From a virus (Duplodnaviria > Caudoviricetes), in IMG/VR virus record IMGVR_UViG_3300036774_000032, positions 1 through 60,640 of that record: a stretch of DNA of 60,640 nt. One strand, 5' to 3'. The translations under genes were made by a program, and so were the position numbers. Of this stretch, positions 37,229-46,343 are shown piece by piece. The notes beneath the pieces are model-generated. The model searched no databases and was not told the origin of the DNA. It worked only from the letters and a program-made list of their open reading frames with translations. The number at the start of each line of letters is the position of its first letter. Position 1 is the first letter of the stretch.

Positions 37229-37603
37229 CTACACTAGGAGCCGTCGAGGAAGTCCAAACTCCGCGAGTTGTTCATCTGCCTCTTGTACCGAAGACACCCG
37301 AAGGGTGATGGCGCCATCCCCTTTCGCGCGACTCAGCCACTCCCTCTGCTGCTGGTCCCGCTTGGGATTCGTCCTGGCGCCCATCTTTTTTACTTCGCAT
37401 TCCAGATGTCTTCCTGTTCCGATCTGCCATCCCGTGAGGTCTGCGGCACCGGGCTCGGAAAACCGCACGAACTGCAGACTCGCGTTATACGCCCCGCCGA
37501 CGTTTCGACGCTGGACTCGGAAACCGCGAAGCTCAAGGTAACTCTTCACGGCGCGTACGATCTCCGTCTCGCTGATGGCGGGGAGGCGCTGGAGCTTGGT
37601 CAT
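37229..37603 (-). CDS. VRR-NUC / PD-(D/E)xK nuclease
   Basis: SETEI, RRNVG, GAADL, ECEVK, Q..WL motifs. Confidence 0.8.
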   Translation of the reverse strand: MTKLQRLPAISETEIVRAVKSYLELRGFRVQRRNVGGAYNASLQFVRFSEPGAADLTGWQIGTGRHLECEVKKMGARTNPKRDQQQREWLSRAKGDGAITLRVSSVQEADEQLAEFGLPRRLLV

Positions 37604-38760
37604 TTCCCAGCAATCTCCGCATGTAGAGCCGTCAGCTCCCCCAGGTCCTCGGTCCTCGAATTCGCCGCGTGCCACTCCGCGAGTGCTCTGGTCGGCGTGA
37701 TGTCCCCTTTCATCTCCTCGGCCCGGGCCCGGGTGGTGCGGGTGATCTCCAGTTGCTCGGTGAAGGTGGGAATCTCCCGCCACTTCGCCAGGGTCGGCTG
37801 GAGGGCGTCGTGCTCTTCCTGGCTCAGTTCGCCCTTGACGCGAAGAATCGGCACGCGGTTGTAGTCGAGACCGTTCGGCCAGTATTCTTCTGACTCGACA
37901 GTGTCGCGGATCTCCTCTGGCGTTAAAGTTATGAACCTCCTCGCTGGCATCGGGAAGTCGGTCTTGGAGAAGGTTTCACCGTCCAGCTCTACGCACGCCC
38001 AGGAGGGCTCATTTCCCTCTTCCCCGTGGTTGAGCCTGTCCAGACTCCCAGAGTAGTACGCCCGCGGCCCCACCTGTTGCGCCGCATGGAAGTCGCCCAA
38101 CGCCACGTACTCCCACCCCTCCAGGTCCTCGGCCGTCAAACTGATATGCTCCTGGCCTGCGAGCATGTTCTCGTTCATCTTCGCGCCGACGATCGGGAGG
38201 TGCGCCACGAGGACGGACGGAAGGTGCGGATCGCATTGCGCGCGCAATCCGCGGACGATGGCGCGGAGCTTCTCACTGACCAGGGCGTTGACTCCTTCGG
38301 GGGAGAGACCCTGATACTCGTCCCGGGCGAGGAGGCTGGACTTTGACGGGAAGGGAAGGGCGGCAATCTCCAGATCAGGCCAGTGAATCACGGTCGGACT
38401 CTCCAGGTACGAGACGTTCACGATCTCCGCGAGGATCGCCACGGGAGACGGGGCTCCACTTACCGGCATGTCATGGTTGCCGTGGATGAGGACGACAAGC
38501 ATCATCTCCTTCGCCAGTCTCCGGATCTCCTCCTGCGCGAAGACGATCTCCGCCGGCCCGGGCTTCGGCGTGTCGAAGATGTCCCCCGCGATGATGGCGA
38601 CCTCGCATTCCTGTGCGATGGCGCCGTCCACGAAGGCCTTGACGACGCGCTGCTGATCCTTCCAACGAATGTTGACTCCGTTCTCGTCCCGCACGATCTT
38701 CCCGGCGCAGGCGGCGTTGGATGATAGGTGCCAATCGGCTGTGTGGCAAATCCTTACCAT
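37600..38760 (-). CDS. sbcD: SbcD/Mre11-like metallophosphoesterase nuclease
   Basis: HTADWH, AGDIFD, GNHD, AH, ALGDFH, YSGS. Confidence 0.92.
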   Translation of the reverse strand: MVRICHTADWHLSSNAACAGKIVRDENGVNIRWKDQQRVVKAFVDGAIAQECEVAIIAGDIFDTPKPGPAEIVFAQEEIRRLAKEMMLVVLIHGNHDMPVSGAPSPVAILAEIVNVSYLESPTVIHWPDLEIAALPFPSKSSLLARDEYQGLSPEGVNALVSEKLRAIVRGLRAQCDPHLPSVLVAHLPIVGAKMNENMLAGQEHISLTAEDLEGWEYVALGDFHAAQQVGPRAYYSGSLDRLNHGEEGNEPSWACVELDGETFSKTDFPMPARRFITLTPEEIRDTVESEEYWPNGLDYNRVPILRVKGELSQEEHDALQPTLAKWREIPTFTEQLEITRTTRARAEEMKGDITPTRALAEWHAANSRTEDLGELTALHAEIAGK

Positions 38761-38770
38761 GATCTTCTCC

Positions 38771-39453
38771 CTACATCACAGACGCATAAGATATGCGTTT
38801 TATGATCCGGTTGATCGCTGCCTGGCTGGTTGAGTACTCTCTAGCGAGTAGGCGTTGACTAATTCCACCTTCGGCGTATCGAGCACGGATGTCGGACACC
38901 TTCTCATCAGATAACTTGCAGACTGCACGCCTTAGGGTCCCGTCTTCCCACATCTTTCGCGCGTGAATACGGACGTGGTTTCCGTTTCCAATGACGGTGA
39001 CTAGATTCTCGATGCGATTGTCGAGCTTATTTCCGTTGGCATGATGAACATGCACGTCACGCCTGAGAAATAGTTTTCCGTCAACAGTCTGTAGGAGTGG
39101 GGATGCTGGATCAGTTTTTCTGAGGTGTTCCTAATGACAAGTCGGTGTGTTCTCACGCGATTCGTCGCCATTGCAAACGGATGGCCGTGACAAACGCGAA
39201 CCAAATAGCCGCCCATCAAATGTTCACCGCCATTCCAGTTCGGGTTCCCCGATCCGCGAGAATTGTGCCCGTGAATAAAGCGTGGGATCTTCGAGGTCGG
39301 CCTACGCATAAACCGTGTAATAGTTATGACGTTCCCGCATCCACACCCACAGAAATGTTTCCCTTGATGACTCGCCAGCCAGCGGTCCAGCGATGCTCTC
39401 TTTCTCTCTACTATCCGAGTTAGGTTCTCGTGTTTCTTGTCCTGCACTTTCAT
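38771..39453 (-). pseudogene. HNH endonuclease split by a 1-nt deletion near 39131
   Basis: CGCGCG...NWNGG...HRLVI in one frame; EHLRK...VHHANGNKLDNRIENL plus HTH in the other. Confidence 0.8.
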
Positions 39454-39455
39454 GG

Positions 39456-39641
39456 CTATTTCGCCTTCGCTGCGACCGGGAATTTCGCGTCCAGTTCGGC
39501 GTACATCGTGGCGGCCTTATCGAACGCTCCCTCGACGCTCTCGGCGTAGCACTTGACGGCGATCGACACACCCCCGCTGGCGTTGCGGTTGATCTCCACC
39601 GAATGCGGGGCAACGTTGCGGATCAACTGAATCTCAGGCAT
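39456..39641 (-). CDS. Hypothetical 61-aa protein
   Basis: AAGGAGG RBS; SVEINRNASG..S..VKCY. Confidence 0.7.
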   Translation of the reverse strand: MPEIQLIRNVAPHSVEINRNASGGVSIAVKCYAESVEGAFDKAATMYAELDAKFPVAAKAK

Positions 39642-39735
39642 GATGAACCTCCTTATGAGTGCGGCGCCCGTTCCCCACCCCGGCTAGGGTACAAGGGCTG
39701 CATGGGCCTACGCACACCGGGCAGGCCCTTCAGCG

Positions 39736-40479
39736 TTACCCGATGATCGGGACCTGGATCTTCCCCGTCAGGAAGGCCTTGATGGCCTGAACCGCTTCCA
39801 GCTTCCACGCGCCGCCGTCCGCCTGGAACAGCGCGAGCTGGGGCTTCTCTCCATCCCTCGCCACCCGCAGTCGAAGCGCGAAGAGGCTCGCGGGCTGCTC
39901 CACCTCTCGGAACGTGCGAAACGGGCGGAGCGTAACCGGATTGGGAACCTTGGTCATGCCGACGAGGACCACCCCGCCCGCGACCTTCACCTGTTGAGAC
40001 ACCCCATTGTCCACGGTCTCTCGAACGTCGTTCTCCCGGATGCTGGCGACCAACGTCAGTAGGTCCTTCCGTTGCTCCGTCGGGAGGAATCCCGTCTGGA
40101 GTCCCACGGTGAACCGGTCCGCGTCCAGGTACTCATTGAACAGAAACGGGGCGGCCCCGACCAGATCCGTGCTGGCCACGAGAAAGACGAGTCGACGAAA
40201 CTGTTTGTCCTCCTCCTCTACCCGCGCCACCAGTTTCACCGTGCCATGATCAACGATGTGAACAAAAAAATGGTCAGGTGTGAGGGCGTCCACATCTGCG
40301 GCCAGGTAATCGACGAGTCCCGTCAGGGTGCCGATATTCAGCGGCTCAACTTCCGACTGCTTTGGGGTCGCATCCCTCCATTTGTCTGGGCAGAGGAGGC
40401 GGCGCCTCCCCTCCACGTCGACAATGCAGGGCTTGGCCGACTGGAGCACAATCTCCGATACAAACGTCCCGTCCATCAC
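39736..40479 (-). CDS. Conserved phage protein of SbcCD-type recombination modules
   Basis: TLTGLVDY, DNGVSQ.V, VPNPVTLRPFRTF.EVEQPAS.F.LR, ALF.ADGGAWK. Confidence 0.75.
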   Translation of the reverse strand: MMDGTFVSEIVLQSAKPCIVDVEGRRRLLCPDKWRDATPKQSEVEPLNIGTLTGLVDYLAADVDALTPDHFFVHIVDHGTVKLVARVEEEDKQFRRLVFLVASTDLVGAAPFLFNEYLDADRFTVGLQTGFLPTEQRKDLLTLVASIRENDVRETVDNGVSQQVKVAGGVVLVGMTKVPNPVTLRPFRTFREVEQPASLFALRLRVARDGEKPQLALFQADGGAWKLEAVQAIKAFLTGKIQVPIIG

Positions 40480-40832
40480 GGTTGCTCCTTCGTCGCCACT
40501 CCGGCCGTCCGGAGCAGGCTGTTGGCGGTGGGAAAGATGTCCATTTGCTTCGGGGCTTCCACCGCGATATTCAACCCATCCTGCTTGCCCAGGTAGACGC
40601 CTACGGCCAATCCGCGGACGCCGGCCAGCTTCGTGGCACAGGTGACTTCGATCTTGCCGACGCGCCGCTCCTCGTCTGCGTTGACGGCAAACTTGAGGAT
40701 GATCTCCCGTTTCGCCTTGGCGTCGGTGTTCGGGTCCTGGACGTTGTCCAGCACCTTGGCGAGGGCGTCGATAAAGAGTTCATCGGCCGCGCCATCGGCC
40801 AGGGTGCTGAGTGTAACTTGCCGTGCTTCCAT
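40476..40832 (-). CDS. Conserved phage protein (often annotated replication-terminator-like)
   Basis: LA.GA..E.F..AL.KVL.N..DPNT.AK.KR.I motif. Confidence 0.65.
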   Translation of the reverse strand: MEARQVTLSTLADGAADELFIDALAKVLDNVQDPNTDAKAKREIILKFAVNADEERRVGKIEVTCATKLAGVRGLAVGVYLGKQDGLNIAVEAPKQMDIFPTANSLLRTAGVATKEQP

Positions 40833-40867
40833 GCAATCACCTCCCTTCGTTCTGGTTGAGTCGTTCC

Positions 40868-41959
40868 CTACTTATCCCACGGCAGCCCGGCCTGCTCGGG
40901 TTCCCGATCCGGCATCTTCATGAGGTGCGTGGCGAAGCCCTTGCGTTCCTCCCGGGAGAACTGTGTCTGGGCCTTCTTTAGATTCCGTGGATCGTACTGC
41001 TTGCGGACCATGAGGCGCCCGAGCACTTCGAGCTGGATCCTCAATGCCTCTGCCTTGGCCTCCGGAGTCCCGGCTGCGGCCTCGGCTTCGTAGGCGCTCT
41101 GGAAGCGCATCTCCTCGTCGTCGGGCTCAGGGTCGGGGTTCGGCGAGGGATCCGCCGCGGGGGCGCTGTCTCCATTCGTCGGCCCGGCCTGGGCGTCAAC
41201 AACGTCCTCTTCGGGGGCCGGCGGGAGGGCGGGGGGAAGCGTCGCGCTGACCGCCGGGGCGCCGTACAGCTCCGACAGGTGGCCCGTCGCCTCGCACAAC
41301 ATGAATTTCTTTACCTCTGGATCCGAGTAGTCCGGCGTGAACTGCACGCGGGGAAGGACAAAGGGCCGGGCGATCTCCTCGGCACTGTACTGGCTCCGGA
41401 GCGCCAGGGCTGACCGGATGGCCCGGTTCATCGCCCCAGACTGCGCGCGGGCCAGCTTATGCTTGCGGAATTGAATCATCTCTTTCGTGACGGTGTCTTC
41501 GATCCACTTGGAACGGGCCGGTTCCTGCTGCGGGCACTTGTCTCGCTTCGGCAGGGTGTCGCGCAGTTCATCCTCGATGGCGACGAGGTCGACCTCTTTT
41601 TCTCCAATGATCGTCCTCCAGGCTCCGGACAAGTCCTTGATCCGGCCGACCGCCTTGTAGCGGACGATGTTCGGATCTCGGCCGTCGTCCACCCGGCCGC
41701 AGAGTTCCGGAAGCCAGGTAATGCTCGCCGCTTGGCTGATCCGGTCGAGGGCCACTTTGCTCAACCCGAACTTCCCGCCCGGCAGCTTGTAGCAGTCGCC
41801 GGCATCCGGGTTGGGATTGATGTTGACGACCGATAGCTGCGGCGTGTGGTAGGGCGGGATTGTCCCAAGCTCCCGCGGCGCCAGGACGTTGAACTTCCGC
41901 GACTCGAATTGCTGCACGTCATGTTTCCACTGATCGGGGATTGCCAATGCAGTCGTCAT
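40868..41959 (-). CDS. Putative single-strand annealing / recombination protein
   Basis: LSKVAL..I..AA.I.W, A.S.AMNRAIR.AL....Y...E...PF; context with SbcCD. Function is inferred. Confidence 0.5.
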   Translation of the reverse strand: MTTALAIPDQWKHDVQQFESRKFNVLAPRELGTIPPYHTPQLSVVNINPNPDAGDCYKLPGGKFGLSKVALDRISQAASITWLPELCGRVDDGRDPNIVRYKAVGRIKDLSGAWRTIIGEKEVDLVAIEDELRDTLPKRDKCPQQEPARSKWIEDTVTKEMIQFRKHKLARAQSGAMNRAIRSALALRSQYSAEEIARPFVLPRVQFTPDYSDPEVKKFMLCEATGHLSELYGAPAVSATLPPALPPAPEEDVVDAQAGPTNGDSAPAADPSPNPDPEPDDEEMRFQSAYEAEAAAGTPEAKAEALRIQLEVLGRLMVRKQYDPRNLKKAQTQFSREERKGFATHLMKMPDREPEQAGLPWDK

Positions 41960-42234
41960 GGTCGACCCTCCTCCTCTTCCAACTTTGCGTTGACGCGGAT
42001 AATAACCTTCGTCGTCTTGGGCGGCAGGTCTGCGCTAAGTCCTCCATTCGTGGCGCTCAGGCGCACGTCGCGCTCGTCGAGAGTCAGCACTGTGATGTTC
42101 TCGATTTTCACGATGCCTCCTTTAAATTCCTTTTCTTCTCGCATTTCGGACAGAGGGAAAGACACTTCCGAGTCTGAGGGGATGGTCTGAGAAATGTTCG
42201 ACCGCATTGACAGACTCGCCTGCGGTTCTTCCAC
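41956..42234 (-). CDS. Hypothetical protein
   Basis: ATGA-coupled to the downstream gene. Confidence 0.45.
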   Translation of the reverse strand: MEEPQASLSMRSNISQTIPSDSEVSFPLSEMREEKEFKGGIVKIENITVLTLDERDVRLSATNGGLSADLPPKTTKVIIRVNAKLEEEEGRP

Positions 42235-42280
42235 ATATTACGAAGACCTTGGGAGGTTCTTTCTTGATGATAATTCCCCA

Positions 42281-42704
42281 TCATCGCACCCTCCAGACCC
42301 GCCCCCCGCCGCGTTCGTCTCCGGTTAATTCGATATGGCCGGCGACAGCCCAGGACTTCACGCGCTTGTTAAATTCCGAGTTCCAGTAGTCCGCAGAGTA
42401 TCCCGCGATCAGGTGAACCCGTTGAGCCGCTTCCTTGCAGGTCAATTCACCCGACTGGAGAAGGACGTTGAGAAACTCTCCGAGCGAGCTATCGTCCCCC
42501 CGGTGTACGATCTTCTTCGCAGCCCGCTTCGAGGTCGCGGGATCATCCGTCCTCGCCAACAAGCGCGCCTGGACGGTGGACGCCTCTCGTCCTCCGGATC
42601 CCGGAGCGAACATCCCGAGCTGACTACCCACCCCACACCACCGCGGCCACCAGAATCGCCCACAACATCGACAGGAACCAGGCAAATCTAAAAATCTCAG
42701 CCAT
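42281..42704 (-). CDS. Putative winged-helix DNA-binding protein
   Basis: ARTDDPATS..AA motif, LT.KE....KR.......G.I...G.ER. Confidence 0.55.
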
Positions 42705-42954
42705 GTAACCGCTCCTTTGGATCGTGCCCTTGCACCTCCACCAGTACCGTCCCATCTCCCTTGATCCACGCGCACCCATTCGCCTTATGAACGTGCTGCA
42801 GAAACTCCGGATCGGTCATCATGCGTTTGTACGTTGAGCCGTTTCTCCAGACCGGGAAGGACCGGGAATTGACGAAGAGGTGGAGTCGGTCGGATTCGGC
42901 GGGAGAGAAGACTCCATCGGTGGCCATGCGGGGGCGGGGGTTATCGCGCATCAC
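42697..42954 (-). CDS. Hypothetical protein
   Basis: Coupled ORF in the early block. Confidence 0.5.
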   Translation of the reverse strand: MMRDNPRPRMATDGVFSPAESDRLHLFVNSRSFPVWRNGSTYKRMMTDPEFLQHVHKANGCAWIKGDGTVLVEVQGHDPKERLHG

Positions 42955-43610
42955 GGCCTCCCCTGAAAAAATAAGGAATCCACCATCTCGACCAAGTGTT
43001 TTCGTTGCGCTTCCACTTCCGCGGCCCCTGCGTCACCTGCGGCCCGTTCAGCGGCCCTTGCGGCGTCCCTTGCGTCCCTTGCGGAGCCTGCGGCGGCCAT
43101 TGCGGCGTCCCATGCGGACCATGCGGCCCGTTCGGCGGCCCTTGCGGCCCTTGCGGCGCCCCCTCCTTCCAATGCGGCGGCCCTTGCGGCCCTTGAGGCG
43201 ACTCTTGCGGCGTCGCCTGCGGCGTCACATGCGGCGGCCTGGAGACTAGGATTTCCCGTCTCCAAATACTGCTTGACTACTGCTGGGCAATCCCACAAAT
43301 GAATGACGCGGAGAGCGCACCATCGCGCGAACACTTGCAGCATCTCCGTTGCATCTGCCCGTTGTACAATGCGCCGTCGAGTGCCGATGCTCTTATCGTC
43401 AATACTCTTGACAGGTCCATCCAGGTCAACGAGGCAGAGAGTATTCCCAGGCGCATATCGTAGAGCGTCGAAGGGATGGACGGATGCGTGCAGTCCTCTC
43501 TCGCACATGATGATGGGGAGTTCCCCGTCGTACTCCAGCCATTCACCATCCAGGGGGATGGGTTTACCGTTGCGGAGCGTGGCTCCGCAAAAATGATAGG
43601 ATCGGATCAT
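42951..43610 (-). CDS. Phage protein with C..GLHAS...DAL.YA domain and Ala-rich AARAA repeats (DUF7666-like)
   Basis: MIRSYHF...CERGLHASVHPFDALRYAPG; the tgcggc repeats at 43020-43240 encode the Ala repeats. Confidence 0.7.
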   Translation of the reverse strand: MIRSYHFCGATLRNGKPIPLDGEWLEYDGELPIIMCERGLHASVHPFDALRYAPGNTLCLVDLDGPVKSIDDKSIGTRRRIVQRADATEMLQVFARWCALRVIHLWDCPAVVKQYLETGNPSLQAAACDAAGDAARVASRAARAAALEGGGAARAARAAERAAWSAWDAAMAAAGSARDARDAARAAERAAGDAGAAEVEAQRKHLVEMVDSLFFQGRP

Positions 43611-43853
43611 CACTCCCTCCCACTCGCCAGCGCAGACAGGAACCCCAGTCCCAGGGTGAACCCTACCGCCATGCCGAGCAGCATCCAGGCAAACCAGTTG
43701 GCACACATGGGAATCCCCCTTCCGCAGATTCCGTCCACGCAAACGCGCCGACCGTCTTGCACAACTCCTCATAGTCCCGGCGCTCGTAGCCGTCTGGGAT
43801 CGTGCGCTCTTCCACTTCGCTGCCGTGCCATAGGAGGACCTGCATCTCAACCT

Positions 43854-44183
43854 CTATTGAACGTGATAGAACCGCTCGGCCCGATCAACTGAGTCTTCGC
43901 GGGCAAGTTCCTCTAAACCTCGATCAACCCGGCAGGAATCGCAAACCTCTCCAAACTGATTCGGGCGCTCACAGTCTGGGCAGCAATGCACGGAGTCGTC
44001 GATCTCGGGCTCCTGCACTTCGGGTTCGGGGTTCTCAATGGACTCAATGGCGGCGTCGATAAGGTCGATTGACCCGGCGAGTCCGTCCGGGACAGTCGCA
44101 TACTTCCGGCACATTCCCCTGTAGGCCCTGGCGTAAAATGCCCCGTCTTTTAGGGCGGAGAAGATAAGGTCCTTGTCCATCAC
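43854..44183 (-). CDS. Hypothetical Zn-finger protein
   Basis: GGAGGT RBS; CPDCERPNQFG..C.SC. Confidence 0.65.
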   Translation of the reverse strand: MMDKDLIFSALKDGAFYARAYRGMCRKYATVPDGLAGSIDLIDAAIESIENPEPEVQEPEIDDSVHCCPDCERPNQFGEVCDSCRVDRGLEELAREDSVDRAERFYHVQ

Positions 44184-44193
44184 GCCACCTCCG

Positions 44194-44391
44194 TTAATTC
44201 GTTCCCGGAAGACTTAGATTCAGGGTGCGTGCGATACGTTCTTGGAGTTTGAGATATTTCCGGTCGCCTGAAAGCAACTGGAACAAATGGACGGGATTCT
44301 CGCCGAGGTCAAGCGCAAACCGAGAGAGGGTAATGTTGCGGGCTTTGATCGCCTTCCGGATTTCCTGCGCGAATTGCTGTTGCGTTTTCAT
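44194..44391 (-). CDS. Cro-like HTH regulator
   Basis: IRKAIKARNIT...FA..LG.....L.Q.LSG.R.......IA..L; first gene of the early block. Confidence 0.75.
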   Translation of the reverse strand: MKTQQQFAQEIRKAIKARNITLSRFALDLGENPVHLFQLLSGDRKYLKLQERIARTLNLSLPGTN

Positions 44392-44398
44392 ACTGAGA

Positions 44399-44445
44399 AA
44401 GGTATTACACAGGGCAAGTTACGTCAAGCCCTTTCTGGTATTACA
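44399..44445 (-). promoter_or_regulatory. Early promoter with operator-like repeats
   Basis: TTGACG-17 bp-TACCTT, 7 nt from the ATG; ggtattaca repeated at 44401 and 44437. Confidence 0.65.
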
Positions 44446-44448
44446 TTG

Positions 44449-44490
44449 AAAATAGACGGCACACCAAATGCAGGAGGGGGTACTCCGTCT
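44449..44490 (-). terminator. Terminator-like hairpin closing the late operon
   Basis: AGACGG...CCGUCU stem followed by AUUUUC. Confidence 0.45.
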
Positions 44491-44591
44491 CACACTCTTT
44501 CGGCAGTCCGCTTAGAGTTTCGGACTGCCGATCGTGAGGACCGAGAAGACACACACAATCACGGCCACGAGACACCAGCCGAGGAAGACGA

Positions 44592-44753
44592 TCATCGGAT
44601 CCGGCAGCCGCCCGTCGTCGCCATCGGCAGCAACTCCCGCTCCGCCATGATCCGGGCCTGCTCGCAGTCGTTCCAGGTCGAGAAGGATTCCTTGGATTCG
44701 ATCGGAGCGGAGGCCCCGAGAAAGATGATTGAGAACACGAACGCGGCGATCAT
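44592..44753 (-). CDS. Small exported protein
   Basis: MIAAFVFSIIFLGA...F.TW.DCE.A...C; TGATG coupling. Confidence 0.55.
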   Translation of the reverse strand: MIAAFVFSIIFLGASAPIESKESFSTWNDCEQARIMAERELLPMATTGGCRIR

Positions 44754-45283
44754 CAGCGCATCTCCTCGATCATTTTGATCAGTCGATCGACTGGTGAGTC
44801 TGGTGAAACCGTCACTCCTGCCTTCGGAGCCGTCAATGTCTGTGGCAGCGTCCCGATACACGTCGCCAGATCCGGGGGAGTCGCTCCGTAGACGGCGATA
44901 ATCGCGGCCTTTGCGGCCACGTCAGCGTAAGGTGTCGCCGTGCCGCGGAACGTGGCGACTGAGCAGCCGGCCGCGTTTTGCAATTTCATCACTTCGATGT
45001 ATTGCGCGGCGGACATGGCCGGCGCGGTCGGGAGCTGCATCATCCCGCATCCCGTCAAACCGATAACCCCAAGGGTGAAGACCATGATCGCCAGCGGTTT
45101 TGCGGCTTTGCTGTAGCCTCCCATCCGACCGATGGCGAAACACGCCGCCGCGATGAGCAGTGTCCACCACTCCTGGCGATTCGTTGGAAGCTTCGCGCCT
45201 GTCTGCCCCAAGTAGAGGATGCACCCAACGAGGAACCCAAACCCCGTTGTGACTGGCTCACTGCCGACAATCTTCTGATACAT
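44753..45283 (-). CDS. Holin-like N-terminus fused to a lipoprotein
   Basis: Two TM segments, then KAAKPLAIMVFTLGVIGLTG-C lipobox; AAGGAG RBS. Confidence 0.55.
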   Translation of the reverse strand: MYQKIVGSEPVTTGFGFLVGCILYLGQTGAKLPTNRQEWWTLLIAAACFAIGRMGGYSKAAKPLAIMVFTLGVIGLTGCGMMQLPTAPAMSAAQYIEVMKLQNAAGCSVATFRGTATPYADVAAKAAIIAVYGATPPDLATCIGTLPQTLTAPKAGVTVSPDSPVDRLIKMIEEMR

Positions 45284-45294
45284 GGTCTGCTCCT

Positions 45295-45951
45295 TTACGC
45301 GCCGCCGCGTCGAATGGGAATGCATGCCTCGCCCTGGTGCGCAAGCAGGTATGCCATGTCTTTCCGGCTAACAAAGCAATCCCCCGCCTTCCCCCACGAT
45401 GGCCCCCACGAGTTCGCCAGGCGATAGAATCCGCTCTTGACGTTGAATCCGTTGCAGAGGATCGCATGGCCGCCGGCCACGGCGCCCGTCGGATTCACGA
45501 TCCCGTTCAGGTCGGGCGTCATCATGTCCTGATACCAGTTGATGCCGAGGACGGCGGGCCCGTGCCAGCCCACAGCGAGACACAAATCACGTTCCGAGAA
45601 GGCCCACCGAAATTCCGGATACCACCCCAGCTCCGCTGCCGCCTTGATGCCCGCCAAAACACTCGTCCCGTCGTAGTTGTGGCCCGGCCACTGGTCGAGG
45701 TCCTGGGCGCGCCGGTAAATCTTGTCCGCCGTGGAGGGCGTGACGTTGGGCACCTTCACCGGACGCGCACTTCCCTCCTGAGCGATGGAGTAGCCGACAC
45801 ACCGCGGGGTGGCGCCTTGGTCGAGCCGCACGCCGCAGGCCCAGGTATAGGACCGTGGGACCGTGCCCTTGGGAATCAGCGTGCGGATCGGGTAGGCCCG
45901 ACTGCGCTCGTCGAATTCAATGCGTCGGCCGAACATGATTGGCTTTTTCAT
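45295..45951 (-). CDS. Papain-like (C1) cysteine peptidase
   Basis: DQG....CVGYS, GGHAI, NSWG.SWG..G catalytic motifs. Confidence 0.85.
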   Translation of the reverse strand: MKKPIMFGRRIEFDERSRAYPIRTLIPKGTVPRSYTWACGVRLDQGATPRCVGYSIAQEGSARPVKVPNVTPSTADKIYRRAQDLDQWPGHNYDGTSVLAGIKAAAELGWYPEFRWAFSERDLCLAVGWHGPAVLGINWYQDMMTPDLNGIVNPTGAVAGGHAILCNGFNVKSGFYRLANSWGPSWGKAGDCFVSRKDMAYLLAHQGEACIPIRRGGA

Positions 45952-46104
45952 TGGGGAATCTCCTCTGGTTCGGTTGTTGGATTAGGAGCAGATCGGAGCA
46001 GATTGTGCAGAACGGGAGGCAGTCCTGCGGACAGTAACTCTCCACCGGGCAGAATGGCACCAGGGCCGCCTCCATCTCCACAACCTGCAACGGATCGAGG
46101 ATGG

Positions 46105-46132
46105 TTGCTTTTCGCTCAGAACGAGGTAGAAT
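46105..46132 (+). promoter_or_regulatory. Sigma70-type promoter of the antisense gene
   Basis: TTGCTT-16 bp-TAGAAT, 7 nt before the ATG at 46140. Confidence 0.55.
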
Positions 46133-46139
46133 AGCAGTC

Positions 46140-46343
46140 ATGGCACGCCTCCCTTCTCCCCGCCGACCCCCGCCGTTCCCCTTTGTCTGGGTGCCTCCGG
46201 AGACTGCGGTCCGCCCGGCCCGCACGGTCCGGATCCGCACAGCGGTCTGGGTGCTCCTCATCGCGGCCCTCCTTGCCTGGTGGGCGTGGCCCATGGAACC
46301 GGATCGCACATTCGATACCGTCGACATCTCCGAGTGGGAGTAA
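46140..46343 (+). CDS. 67-aa single-TM protein on the opposite strand
   Basis: TM AVWVLLIAALLAWWAW; own promoter; stop codon abuts the giant gene's stop. Confidence 0.55.
   Translation: MARLPSPRRPPPFPFVWVPPETAVRPARTVRIRTAVWVLLIAALLAWWAWPMEPDRTFDTVDISEWE

Noticed and set aside
39642-39735. GC-rich intergenic hairpins as a tRNA or riboswitch
   Set aside because: No cloverleaf, TTCRA loop or recognised aptamer; only generic stems.
43020-43240. Dense tgcggc repeats resembling a CRISPR array, or collagen-like GPQ ORF 42941-43228
   Set aside because: There are no unique spacers of constant length. The repeats are explained by Ala-rich AARAA coding in the 42951-43610 gene, and the GPQ and Cys-Gly frames are shadows.
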